Origin: Candidatus Saccharimonadales bacterium
GTDB lineage: Bacteria; Patescibacteriota; Saccharimonadia; Saccharimonadales; 2-12-FULL-41-12
Reading direction: 5' to 3'
Length of the DNA stretch: 64,000 nucleotides
NCBI GenBank assembly: GCA_041600715.1
Contig: JBFIJM010000001.1
Span: 609,701-673,700 of the forward strand
Numbering within the stretch: the stretch's first letter is position 1; each line of letters begins with the position of its first letter. Made by a program: the position numbers and the translations under genes. Below the pieces are notes generated by a model. That model was not told where the DNA came from. It ran no database searches and saw only the letters and a program-made list of their open reading frames with translations. This document shows positions 33,418-40,497 of this stretch, piece after piece.

Positions 33418-33861
33418 TTGGTATTACCTTTTATTACTAGGCTCTCTCAAATCTTTACTCTTTTCGTATTGGTCTTTGTTGTATCCTCCCCTGTTCTAGG
33501 AGCAACTGGCAACGAAGATTTAAAGAAGAATGTGTGTGGTGGCGCCAACCTTTCTCTGTCTGAGGGAGGAAGTCAGGCCGATGGGTTGAACAGGAGTTGC
33601 TCTAACCCGGTAGGAGGAGACGGGAACCCCCAGAAGGGCCTTAACGATGTTATTGCCACCGTGGTCAATCTGCTATCCATAATTGTTGGTGTAGTTGCCA
33701 TAATCATGATTATCATCGGTGGGTTAAAGTACGTTACGTCTGCTGGTGACCCAGCTAAGATCGGTAGCGCTAAGAATACTGTAATTTACGCGTTAGTTGG
33801 ATTGGTCATCGTCGCATTAGCACAGACAATTGTGCGGTATGTGATCAAACTGACAGATTAG
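33418..33861 (+). CDS. VirB2/TrbC-like T4SS pilin paralogue 7
   Basis: 147 aa with a TTG start (per the ORF track) and a signal peptide. Cys pair CGGANLS...SC. Core IVGVVAIIMIIIGGLKYVTSAGDPAKIGSAKNTVIYALVGLVIVALAQ. Confidence 0.7.
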   Translation: MVLPFITRLSQIFTLFVLVFVVSSPVLGATGNEDLKKNVCGGANLSLSEGGSQADGLNRSCSNPVGGDGNPQKGLNDVIATVVNLLSIIVGVVAIIMIIIGGLKYVTSAGDPAKIGSAKNTVIYALVGLVIVALAQTIVRYVIKLTD

Positions 33862-33880
33862 ATATATTACTACTCATAAT

Positions 33881-33909
33881 AAAACCCCGGATTACCCCGG
33901 GGTTTTTTT
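33881..33909. terminator. Bidirectional rho-independent terminator between the pilin array and hsp20
   Basis: Sequence AAAACCCCGGATTACCCCGGGGTTTTTTT. GC stem CCCCGG/CCGGGG flanked by an A-tract and a T-tract. Confidence 0.8.
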
Positions 33910-33922
33910 GGTCAGAAGCTAT

Positions 33923-34405
33923 TTATAGGATCTGAATCTTCTTAACTGTATCTTGTTTAACTTTTGTGAAGCTAACGGTTAATACACCGTCTTTTAGAAC
34001 TGCTTCAATCTCTTCTTCTTTTACTGGCACTGGCAATGCAATACTTCGACTAAACTCACCCCAGTAGCATTCTTGAACAAAGTAATTTTCTACATCTTCT
34101 TCGTTGCCGGCGCTTAGTGTGCCACGAATACTAAGTGTATTGTCCGAAATGCTAACATCTAGATCGTTCTTGTTAACGCCTGCTGTGCGAGCTTTAACTA
34201 CAAGGCGCTCTTTTGTTTCGTATACATCAACAGCTAGTTGTCCTGGTACTGCGTCATCTTCTTCCCACTCTTCCGCTACTGCTGTGGTAGGATCATCTGC
34301 GGGTGCTGGTTCTGGTGTACTCGATACTAAATCATCGTCTCCCAAAAAAGCCGCGGTTAGTTCATCTTCCATCAATAAATCTTCGTCGCGGTTACGTCGC
34401 GCCAT
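33923..34405 (-). CDS. Hsp20/alpha-crystallin family small heat-shock protein
   Basis: 160 aa. Alpha-crystallin domain pattern (DVYETKERLVVKARTAGVNKNDLDVSISDNTLSIRG...FSRSIALPVPV...DGVLTVSF). Confidence 0.9.
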   Translation of the reverse strand: MARRNRDEDLLMEDELTAAFLGDDDLVSSTPEPAPADDPTTAVAEEWEEDDAVPGQLAVDVYETKERLVVKARTAGVNKNDLDVSISDNTLSIRGTLSAGNEEDVENYFVQECYWGEFSRSIALPVPVKEEEIEAVLKDGVLTVSFTKVKQDTVKKIQIL

Positions 34406-34553
34406 CTTTAGTACCCTCCGGTTGTCAGTTAGATTGTTTTAGAACAAGTGTTCTCGTGTCGAAGTATTTTTATGTTATTAATAGTATATCCTAACAATCA
34501 CCGTAAGCAAGCAACTAGGACACTTATTTACAACACAAAAATTACCACAGTTT

Positions 34554-35228
34554 ATGAATATCTTAGAATCATTGTTATCAACTATTGCTCCTCACCGATG
34601 TTTGGGTTGTGGTAGAAAGGGGTTTGTCCTGTGCGACGATTGCGAAGTTTCGGCTCTCATCCCCTCTCCATCGAGGTGTTATAGGTGTCATAAATCTACG
34701 AATCAAAGCCAAACTTGCCTTGGATGTCGCAAAACGACTGGCATACATCACGTCTGGGTTGCGACTCAGTACGGTGAACTGGCAAAGGAGGTACTGGAAA
34801 CCATGAAATTTCATAGAGCCTCGTCAGCCAGTAAGGACATCGCCCGATATTTAGCCGGCATAGTTCCTATATTGCCCTGCGATACAGTAGTAACCTATGC
34901 GCCAACGGCTCACAGTCGTATAAGAAAGCGCGGGTTTGACCAGAGTAAGCTTATTGCCAAAGAACTAGCTAGGCTAAAAGGCTTAAAATTTATATCAGTA
35001 TTCGAGAGGGTTTCGAGCACAAGACAGCTCGGTGCTAATCGTAAACAACGATTCGAGCAGGCTAATAGCTCGTTTAAAGTTAGAAGAGTACTGGATGACA
35101 CAGATAAAATACTGATTATTGATGATGTAACTACGTCTGGGGCTACGATAGAGGCTCTGGCAAAACTCGCTAAAAAATCAGGGGCTACAACAGTGGACGC
35201 CTCTGTATTCGCCCAGGTTACAGATTAG
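34554..35228 (+). CDS. comFC: ComF family protein (phosphoribosyltransferase domain, ComFC-like)
   Basis: 224 aa. N-terminal Cys4 zinc-finger motifs (CLGCG...CDDC, CYRC...CLGC) and the PRTase motif ILIIDDVTTSGATI. Confidence 0.85.
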   Translation: MNILESLLSTIAPHRCLGCGRKGFVLCDDCEVSALIPSPSRCYRCHKSTNQSQTCLGCRKTTGIHHVWVATQYGELAKEVLETMKFHRASSASKDIARYLAGIVPILPCDTVVTYAPTAHSRIRKRGFDQSKLIAKELARLKGLKFISVFERVSSTRQLGANRKQRFEQANSSFKVRRVLDDTDKILIIDDVTTSGATIEALAKLAKKSGATTVDASVFAQVTD

Positions 35229-35538
35229 TTAGACAGAGGCTTGACGTCTGATGCTTGCTGGCTATAAGACTCAATGTTGCTGTAAAAATCCTGCATTTTT
35301 ACTAGTTCTGGCATGACAAAATAGTTCAGTACCATAACTGGTGATATCAAGATTCCTCCAATGAGTAGGTATTTCATTAACTAGGATCATACGAGCCATT
35401 TGATCTTTATGCAAGCATAAGGGCTGACAAATCTGCAGGATGGCGCACGTCTGCTTGCTATGCTCGAAGTGAACTTCTGTGCGTAGCAATTGACGACGAC
35501 CCTACGTCGTAGGTTCAAGCTCGCTTAAGCGAACGTAC

Positions 35539-35575
35539 AAACTAAAAATCCCACTTTTTGGTGGGATTTTTAGTT
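35539..35575 (-). terminator. Hairpin terminator immediately 3' of tRNA-Arg
   Basis: AAACTAAAAATCCCAC-TTTTTG-GTGGGATTTTTAGTTT, a 16-bp stem abutting the encoded CCA end. Confidence 0.75.
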
Positions 35576-35652
35576 TGGTACACCCGGCAGGATTTGAACC
35601 TACGACCTTTGGCTCCGCAAGCCAACGCTCTATCCAGCTGAGCTACGGGTGC
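35576..35652 (-). tRNA. tRNA-Arg (anticodon GCG)
   Basis: 77 nt. Manual cloverleaf: acceptor GCACCCG/CGGGTGT, D arm GCTC-AGCTGGATA-GAGC, anticodon arm TTGGC-TTGCGGA-GCCAA, T arm GTAGG-TTCAAAT-CCTGC. CCA is encoded. Confidence 0.85.
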
Positions 35653-35747
35653 ATATTTGGCGTTACAGCCAAGTATATTGTTAGTTCGCACTTTAGTGTT
35701 CAGCCGGATAGAGCAATCGCTCTTTAGTTATTTTGACCTATCGGTCG

Positions 35748-35766
35748 CCAGCTGAGCTACGGGTGC
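35748..35766 (-). pseudogene. Orphan duplicate of the tRNA-Arg 5' segment
   Basis: The 19 nt CCAGCTGAGCTACGGGTGC are identical to 35634-35652 (tRNA positions 1-19). No T arm or anticodon arm follows. A further diverged inverted copy, GCACTTTAGTGTTCAGCCGGATAGAGC, lies at about 35687-35713. Confidence 0.6.
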
Positions 35767-35934
35767 GCGTCAGAGCTTGCGCAAGTGTTGTGTCTGCTGT
35801 GTGACAGCAAAACTACAACTTATTGCTTGGCTCTTCCTTCTAATTTTGCAAACAGTCGACTCTTTGGTTTGCATAATTGTTTTCGCTACAAAAACAGGGG
35901 TTATTGTAGCATGAAGTTTAGTATTTTACTAGTG

Positions 35935-36519
35935 TTAGAACCTGATGTTGCGAGCAAGTTTGTCTACTGCCCGCTCTGCCCGCTCTTCGTGAGGTAAATA
36001 AGTAGAAAGAGTTTCAAACACTCTTGCCTCGTCTTCTGGTGCGTAATAAATCGTCAGTTCAGGCCTGAGTCGTTGTAACGGTTGCAAGCTGATATATCCA
36101 ATAGCACCGTCTCTCATGATAGAAAACGACTTAAAATCATTAAATGGGTAGTGCCGTGATCCGATATTAAGCCCTTGATCATCTATCATGTATTGGAGTT
36201 GTCGGGGTTTCTTGCTAGCGATAATAGCAAATAGAATACCCATGATAATAACGAATACTATCGACAGAATATCCTTACTAAGCAGGTAAATGACAACACA
36301 CACTAGCGCGATAAAAGCGAAGAGTCCTAGGTACCAACTGCCGGTTTTATGTTGAGCAATAAACTCAGATCCAGACCAGCTGATTGGTTCATGATGAGGT
36401 GAAACCCTAGAATCATCGCCCCTAGCCGGCTCCTCGGACGTAAAAGTCCAGCTATCTTTTTGCTCATCCATAAGCAGTATTGTAACACTTCTCATAACAG
36501 CAGTAGATAGTCGTGTCAT
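35935..36519 (-). CDS. Hypothetical membrane protein (two TM helices plus a C-terminal bacterial-PH-like domain)
   Basis: 194 aa. TM hairpin WYLGLFAFIALVCVVIYLL / IVFVIIMGILFAIIA. The start is uncertain; internal Met codons exist (for example at 36471). Confidence 0.45.
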   Translation of the reverse strand: MTRLSTAVMRSVTILLMDEQKDSWTFTSEEPARGDDSRVSPHHEPISWSGSEFIAQHKTGSWYLGLFAFIALVCVVIYLLSKDILSIVFVIIMGILFAIIASKKPRQLQYMIDDQGLNIGSRHYPFNDFKSFSIMRDGAIGYISLQPLQRLRPELTIYYAPEDEARVFETLSTYLPHEERAERAVDKLARNIRF

Positions 36520-36703
36520 GATCTGTTATAATTGACCCCTGTTAGCTTCAGTTTCTCGTAAGAGCAATGGTCAGTTTTATAAACTAAGGAGTAGACTTGT
36601 TCGACTCGATTGCTTGTAAAACTGAGAAGAGAAACAGTTTGATAAATGTACTTTTCAATAGTTTAAATGTTTGGAAAGTACATCAGAAAACTCGTTTCGA
36701 CGA

Positions 36704-36796
36704 GGAGAGGTACCCAAGTGGCTGAAGGGGACGGTTTGCTAAATCGTTAGTGGGGCGAGAGTCCCAGCGAGGGTTCGAATCCCTCTCTCTCCGCCA
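36704..36796 (+). tRNA. tRNA-Ser (anticodon GCT)
   Basis: 93 nt. Acceptor GGAGAGG/TCTCTCC, anticodon arm ACGGT-TTGCTAA-ATCGT, long variable arm, T arm GAGGG-TTCGAAT-CCCTC. CCA is encoded. Confidence 0.9.
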
Positions 36797-36833
36797 AACT
36801 AAAAAGACTTACTTTTTGTAGGTCTTTTTAGTT
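36797..36833 (+). terminator. Hairpin terminator immediately 3' of tRNA-Ser(GCT)
   Basis: AACTAAAAAGACTTAC-TTTTT-GTAGGTCTTTTTAGTT, a 16-bp stem with one G-U pair. Its flanks are near-identical to those of the tRNA-Arg terminator. Confidence 0.75.
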
Positions 36834-36921
36834 TCCGCGGGAGCGACGGGCTGCTAGAACCCAACGACATCAGGAGTTAGGGTTCGGCGTAGCGAAAGTT
36901 CTCGCAGAAGTTTACTTCGAG

Positions 36922-37087
36922 AAAGCTTGAGCGGAGGAGCCGCGTAGTCGGCGATATCCCTCTCTCTCCGCCCTGCAAGGCATGATTTGTCGACACGAAC
37001 AAAGTGTCGTCGTGTAGGCTGTATTTAATAAAGCTTGAGCGGAGGAGCGATCGAGCTTATGTGAGGGAAAGCGATATCCCTCTCTCT
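36922..37087 (+). repeat. Two tRNA-Ser-derived direct repeat units (AAAGCTTGAGCGGAGGAGC ... GCGATATCCCTCTCTCT)
   Basis: Unit 1 spans 36922-36972 and unit 2 spans 37030-37087. ATCCCTCTCTCTCCGCC at 36956-36972 is identical to the tRNA-Ser 3' end at 36779-36795. Confidence 0.75.
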
Positions 37088-37350
37088 TAAGCAAAAGCCG
37101 CAAGTAGTAATAAAACAATCAGTAAAGCAAAAACCACTGCAATAACATCACGTCTGAAAGGTTGCTTTTTAATGTCTAGTATAGGCGTGTAACCTCTTGT
37201 CTGGATAGGTGCCCCATGCATGGTTTTGTGGATGATGTCCATATGCCAGCCAGCTTCTAAAAGGTCGTGGACAATCTCGGTATCGGTCTTGCCTTCCCTG
37301 CGCTCTGTTGCGATAAAATCCACCATGGAACGTTTACTCATGGTATCCAT
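37087..37350 (-). CDS. Hypothetical small protein with a C-terminal TM helix
   Basis: 87 aa: a soluble N-terminal part followed by VIAVVFALLIVLLLLAAFA. Divergent from the HD-domain gene. Confidence 0.35.
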   Translation of the reverse strand: MDTMSKRSMVDFIATERREGKTDTEIVHDLLEAGWHMDIIHKTMHGAPIQTRGYTPILDIKKQPFRRDVIAVVFALLIVLLLLAAFA

Positions 37351-37363
37351 TATACTGAGAACA

Positions 37364-37906
37364 ATGGATATTTGGGTACCAACATTTTTACGACTTCTTG
37401 ATGAGCAAAATAGAACTGCTTCTATCGCATTCTGGAGCGATTTAGAGAAGCATATACCAGATGCAAAGGGCTCAACAGCATCTCACCAGGCTTGGAATGG
37501 AGGCTACAGAGACCATGTTCAGGAAGTGATGAACATCGGTGCTACTTTGCATTTACAGTTAAACAAAGTCAGACCTCTTGAGTTTACCCTTGAATCAGCA
37601 CTGCTTGTATTGTTTTTGCATGACTGCGAAAAACCATTCAAGAACGCCACCGACCAACAATTGAAAGCATTTCCTTGGATAAAGAAACGACCAGGCAAAA
37701 GTGACAAAAACTTCCAGAAACAACTTATAGATCATTACGGGTTTCACTTGAGCGCCACAGAATGGAACGCGCTTAAATATGTAGAGGGTGAAAATGAAGA
37801 CTACGTCCAAGGCAAGCGCGTACAAGGACCCCTAGGAGCATTTTGTCATGTTTGTGACACAGTATCTGCCCGAATCTGGCACGACTACCCAAAAAACAAA
37901 GTATAG
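37364..37906 (+). CDS. Putative HD-domain metal-dependent phosphohydrolase
   Basis: Start moved to MDIWVPTF to avoid overlap with the divergent gene. His...HD pattern (SHQAWNGGYRDHVQEV ... LFLHDCEKP). Confidence 0.45.
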   Translation: MDIWVPTFLRLLDEQNRTASIAFWSDLEKHIPDAKGSTASHQAWNGGYRDHVQEVMNIGATLHLQLNKVRPLEFTLESALLVLFLHDCEKPFKNATDQQLKAFPWIKKRPGKSDKNFQKQLIDHYGFHLSATEWNALKYVEGENEDYVQGKRVQGPLGAFCHVCDTVSARIWHDYPKNKV

Positions 37907-37938
37907 AGTCGCGTATTCCCCTGTCGCTATGGTTCTCC

Positions 37939-37975
37939 AATTAAAAAGACCTAACTGATGCAGGTCTTTTTAATT
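37939..37975 (-). terminator. Hairpin terminator immediately 3' of tRNA-Ser(TGA)
   Basis: AATTAAAAAGACCT-AACTGATGC-AGGTCTTTTTAATT, a 14-bp stem abutting the CCA end. Confidence 0.75.
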
Positions 37976-38065
37976 TGGCGGAAGGGGAGGGATTCGAACC
38001 CTCGGTACCGTTGCCGGCACGACGGTTTTCAAGACCGTTTCCTTAAACCACTCGGACACCCTTCC
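37976..38065 (-). tRNA. tRNA-Ser (anticodon TGA)
   Basis: 90 nt. Acceptor GGAAGGG/CCCTTCC, anticodon arm ACGGT-CTTGAAA-ACCGT, long variable arm, T arm GAGGG-TTCGAAT-CCCTC. CCA is encoded. Confidence 0.9.
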
Positions 38066-38100
38066 ATAGTGTGCGGTTTACAGAGGTACATTGTAGCAAA

Positions 38101-40497
38101 TTAAGAAGAAGCTTCAAAATCAGATACATCGAGCTTGATCACACCGCCAGATTGCAAGCTTTGATCGAGCAGTCTTTTAGCGATCGTATTCTCGACATAT
38201 CGCTGTGCCATACGACGCATTGGACGAGCGCCTAGCTTAGAGTCGTACCCCTTCTCTACTAGCCATTTCTTTGCTTGCTGAGTTAGTTCCACACGAACTT
38301 TTTGGGCATCGAGTGTTCTGTTGATGTCATCTAATATCAGATCAATCACCTGCACTAACTCGTCTTGCGTAAGTGGCTTAAAGATCACAACTTCGTCGAA
38401 TCGGTTTATAAATTCTGGAGCAAATAAACCTCTGTTAATAATTGTTTCTACAAATTTTGACTCGGCGCCATCTACTTCTTGTCCTTCATCTATTAATCTA
38501 CGAATCTCATCAGCACCGGCGTTAGAAGTTGCAATAATTATGGCATCTTTGAACGAAACATTTTTACTATCGCTATCACGCATAACTCCTTCGTCTAGCA
38601 TTTGCAGAAGGGCGTTTACTACCGAGACGTGAGCTTTTTCAATCTCATCGAGAAGGATAACACTAAAAGGATTTTTTCTGACCTGGCCCAAGAATCCTAG
38701 CTCACTCCCTGCCATCGGCTGAATAAGACGCTCAACGGCAGACGCTTGTACGTATTGGTTCATATCAACTCTGATAAGTGCGGTCTCATCATTAAAGTAC
38801 ACACGAGCAAGCGCTTTCGATAATTCTGTTTTACCTACTCCTGTTGGACCAAGGAATAAAAATGTACCAACTGGTCGATTAGGGTTGCCTACACCGCTTC
38901 TTGAGCGCCTAAGAGCGTCAGAAACGACTGTCACTGCTCTATTCTGGTTGATCACATACTTATGTAATTCTTGCTCAAGAGACAATAGCTTTGCAGATTC
39001 ACTTCCTCCACTCGCTGTCTGTAGTTTAATACCGTAGGTTTGTTCTACTGACGCCTGAACAGCTTCCCGTGTTATGAGAGGTTGTTGAGCCGTTACGGCT
39101 GATTGTTCTAGTATGCTAAGTGCTGCACCCGGCATTGCTTGGTTTGTTACGTAACGGGTTCCAAGTTTATATGCTTCTTGCAGTGCTTGGTACGTAAAAA
39201 CCACCTTACTTTTATACTCGGCAAGGCTTATAGAATCACGTAACACAGAAAGCGTGTTAGTTTCATCAGCCGGTGATACTGTGATCGGTTGCAATCTTGC
39301 AGACACACTTGTGCCGGCCAGTCGTTGCCAGGCTTGTGGGCTCATGGCTAAAACGAGGCGTACGCTATGAGATTCTAGCGCTGGCTGTAGTATATGGGAG
39401 AGATCAACAGACCCTGGACCGCTCCCAAAAAATGCCTCAGCATCATCAAAAAACAAGATAATGTTTTTAGCACGCTGGGCTTCTTTTAAAATCCGGAGCA
39501 TTAATTCTTCCAGCTGGCCATGGTTCTTTGCATTAGCAATAAGAGTTGGGGCGTCTAGTTCTACAACTTGGTTGTAACGGATATATTTGGGTGCTCGCGA
39601 ATCCGTTAATAGCTGTTCAGCAAAAGCGTGCACACATGTTGTCTTCCCGACTCCAGTCTCACCCACTAAAGTAACAGTGCCGTTTCCGTTATTCATTGTT
39701 TGGATCATGTTAGTTACGACCTCCTTGTGCATTGAAGTGTCGCTAAAAAAGCCGTGTATCTGAATGCTCTCACTGATATTCTGACCCATATAACGGAGTA
39801 TAGGGGTGTAACCGAATGCCCAGTCGCGACCAATTCCTCCAAAGTTCTTTTGCTCACGTATTAACCGTCGCTTTTCTAGTATGTCGCGCATCCAAGGGAT
39901 GGCCGTTTCAACATCCTTTATACCAAGACGCACAGAGGTAAGAATTTGATCATGGCTTGGAACGCTAGCAACTAATGCTACTAGAACTGCCATATTTGTA
40001 TATCCGCTCAACTCATACTTAACTCGGTAACCGTCTACTACCTCCCAGATGCTAGTCGCTGAATCGGGGGTTTTATCGAGTAGTTGTTCAAAATAATTAG
40101 AATCGATTAGGTATCTGTTACCAATAAAGTAACGTTCCTCACTGTTCTTCAGGGCTTCCCATACTTCAAACGCAGATGGCGTTGTGGTGTGTAGTTGTGT
40201 CAGTGGCTCAAATTCTAATGCCTCATGAAGCTGTATTTGGCCACTTTTTTGGATAACCCCGAATGAGGTGTTGCTTAATGATCCTTTCCACCATGCAAGT
40301 AACATTAAGCTACTAGAAAATAACATTAATACCAACCAGCCTAAGGCGTTGTCTCTTAGCAAAAGCCCCAAGCCTGCAAAGAACGAGCTTAAAAAGACAA
40401 CTTTCAAGGAAATAAGAAACCACTTATTACCAATGAGTCGATTATATTTAGCACGATACGCCCGGTTAGCGCTCAGCACTAGTGATGTTTTAATCAT
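38101..40497 (-). CDS. Membrane-anchored double-AAA+ Clp/Hsp100-family ATPase (ClpA/B/C-like)
   Basis: Start set at MIKTSLV (ATGA overlap with the upstream gene). Two N-terminal TM helices. D1 has Walker A GETGVGKTT and Walker B ILFFDDAE. D2 has Walker A GPTGVGKTE and Walker B VILLDEIEKAH plus GARPMRR. I could not see a ClpB-type long middle domain or an IGF/VGF ClpP loop. Confidence 0.85.
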   Translation of the reverse strand: MIKTSLVLSANRAYRAKYNRLIGNKWFLISLKVVFLSSFFAGLGLLLRDNALGWLVLMLFSSSLMLLAWWKGSLSNTSFGVIQKSGQIQLHEALEFEPLTQLHTTTPSAFEVWEALKNSEERYFIGNRYLIDSNYFEQLLDKTPDSATSIWEVVDGYRVKYELSGYTNMAVLVALVASVPSHDQILTSVRLGIKDVETAIPWMRDILEKRRLIREQKNFGGIGRDWAFGYTPILRYMGQNISESIQIHGFFSDTSMHKEVVTNMIQTMNNGNGTVTLVGETGVGKTTCVHAFAEQLLTDSRAPKYIRYNQVVELDAPTLIANAKNHGQLEELMLRILKEAQRAKNIILFFDDAEAFFGSGPGSVDLSHILQPALESHSVRLVLAMSPQAWQRLAGTSVSARLQPITVSPADETNTLSVLRDSISLAEYKSKVVFTYQALQEAYKLGTRYVTNQAMPGAALSILEQSAVTAQQPLITREAVQASVEQTYGIKLQTASGGSESAKLLSLEQELHKYVINQNRAVTVVSDALRRSRSGVGNPNRPVGTFLFLGPTGVGKTELSKALARVYFNDETALIRVDMNQYVQASAVERLIQPMAGSELGFLGQVRKNPFSVILLDEIEKAHVSVVNALLQMLDEGVMRDSDSKNVSFKDAIIIATSNAGADEIRRLIDEGQEVDGAESKFVETIINRGLFAPEFINRFDEVVIFKPLTQDELVQVIDLILDDINRTLDAQKVRVELTQQAKKWLVEKGYDSKLGARPMRRMAQRYVENTIAKRLLDQSLQSGGVIKLDVSDFEASS

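Noticed and set aside
35271-35489. 72-aa minus-strand ORF between comFC and tRNA-Arg
   Set aside because: It has no RBS, motif or coupling. I looked for integrase remnants or an RNA gene (tmRNA, SRP RNA or RNase P signatures) here and found none, so the region is left unannotated.
15566-35652. T4SS locus as an integrative conjugative element inserted at tRNA-Arg
   Set aside because: There is no integrase, relaxase, coupling protein or partitioning gene. No copy of the tRNA-Arg 3' end is found near recF. Housekeeping genes (hsp20, comFC) lie between the locus and the tRNA.
36912-37118. 68-aa minus-strand ORF downstream of tRNA-Ser(GCT)
   Set aside because: It is composed of the tRNA-derived direct repeats, so its translation repeats REGYR...SSAQA twice. 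It is an artefact of the repeat rather than a gene.
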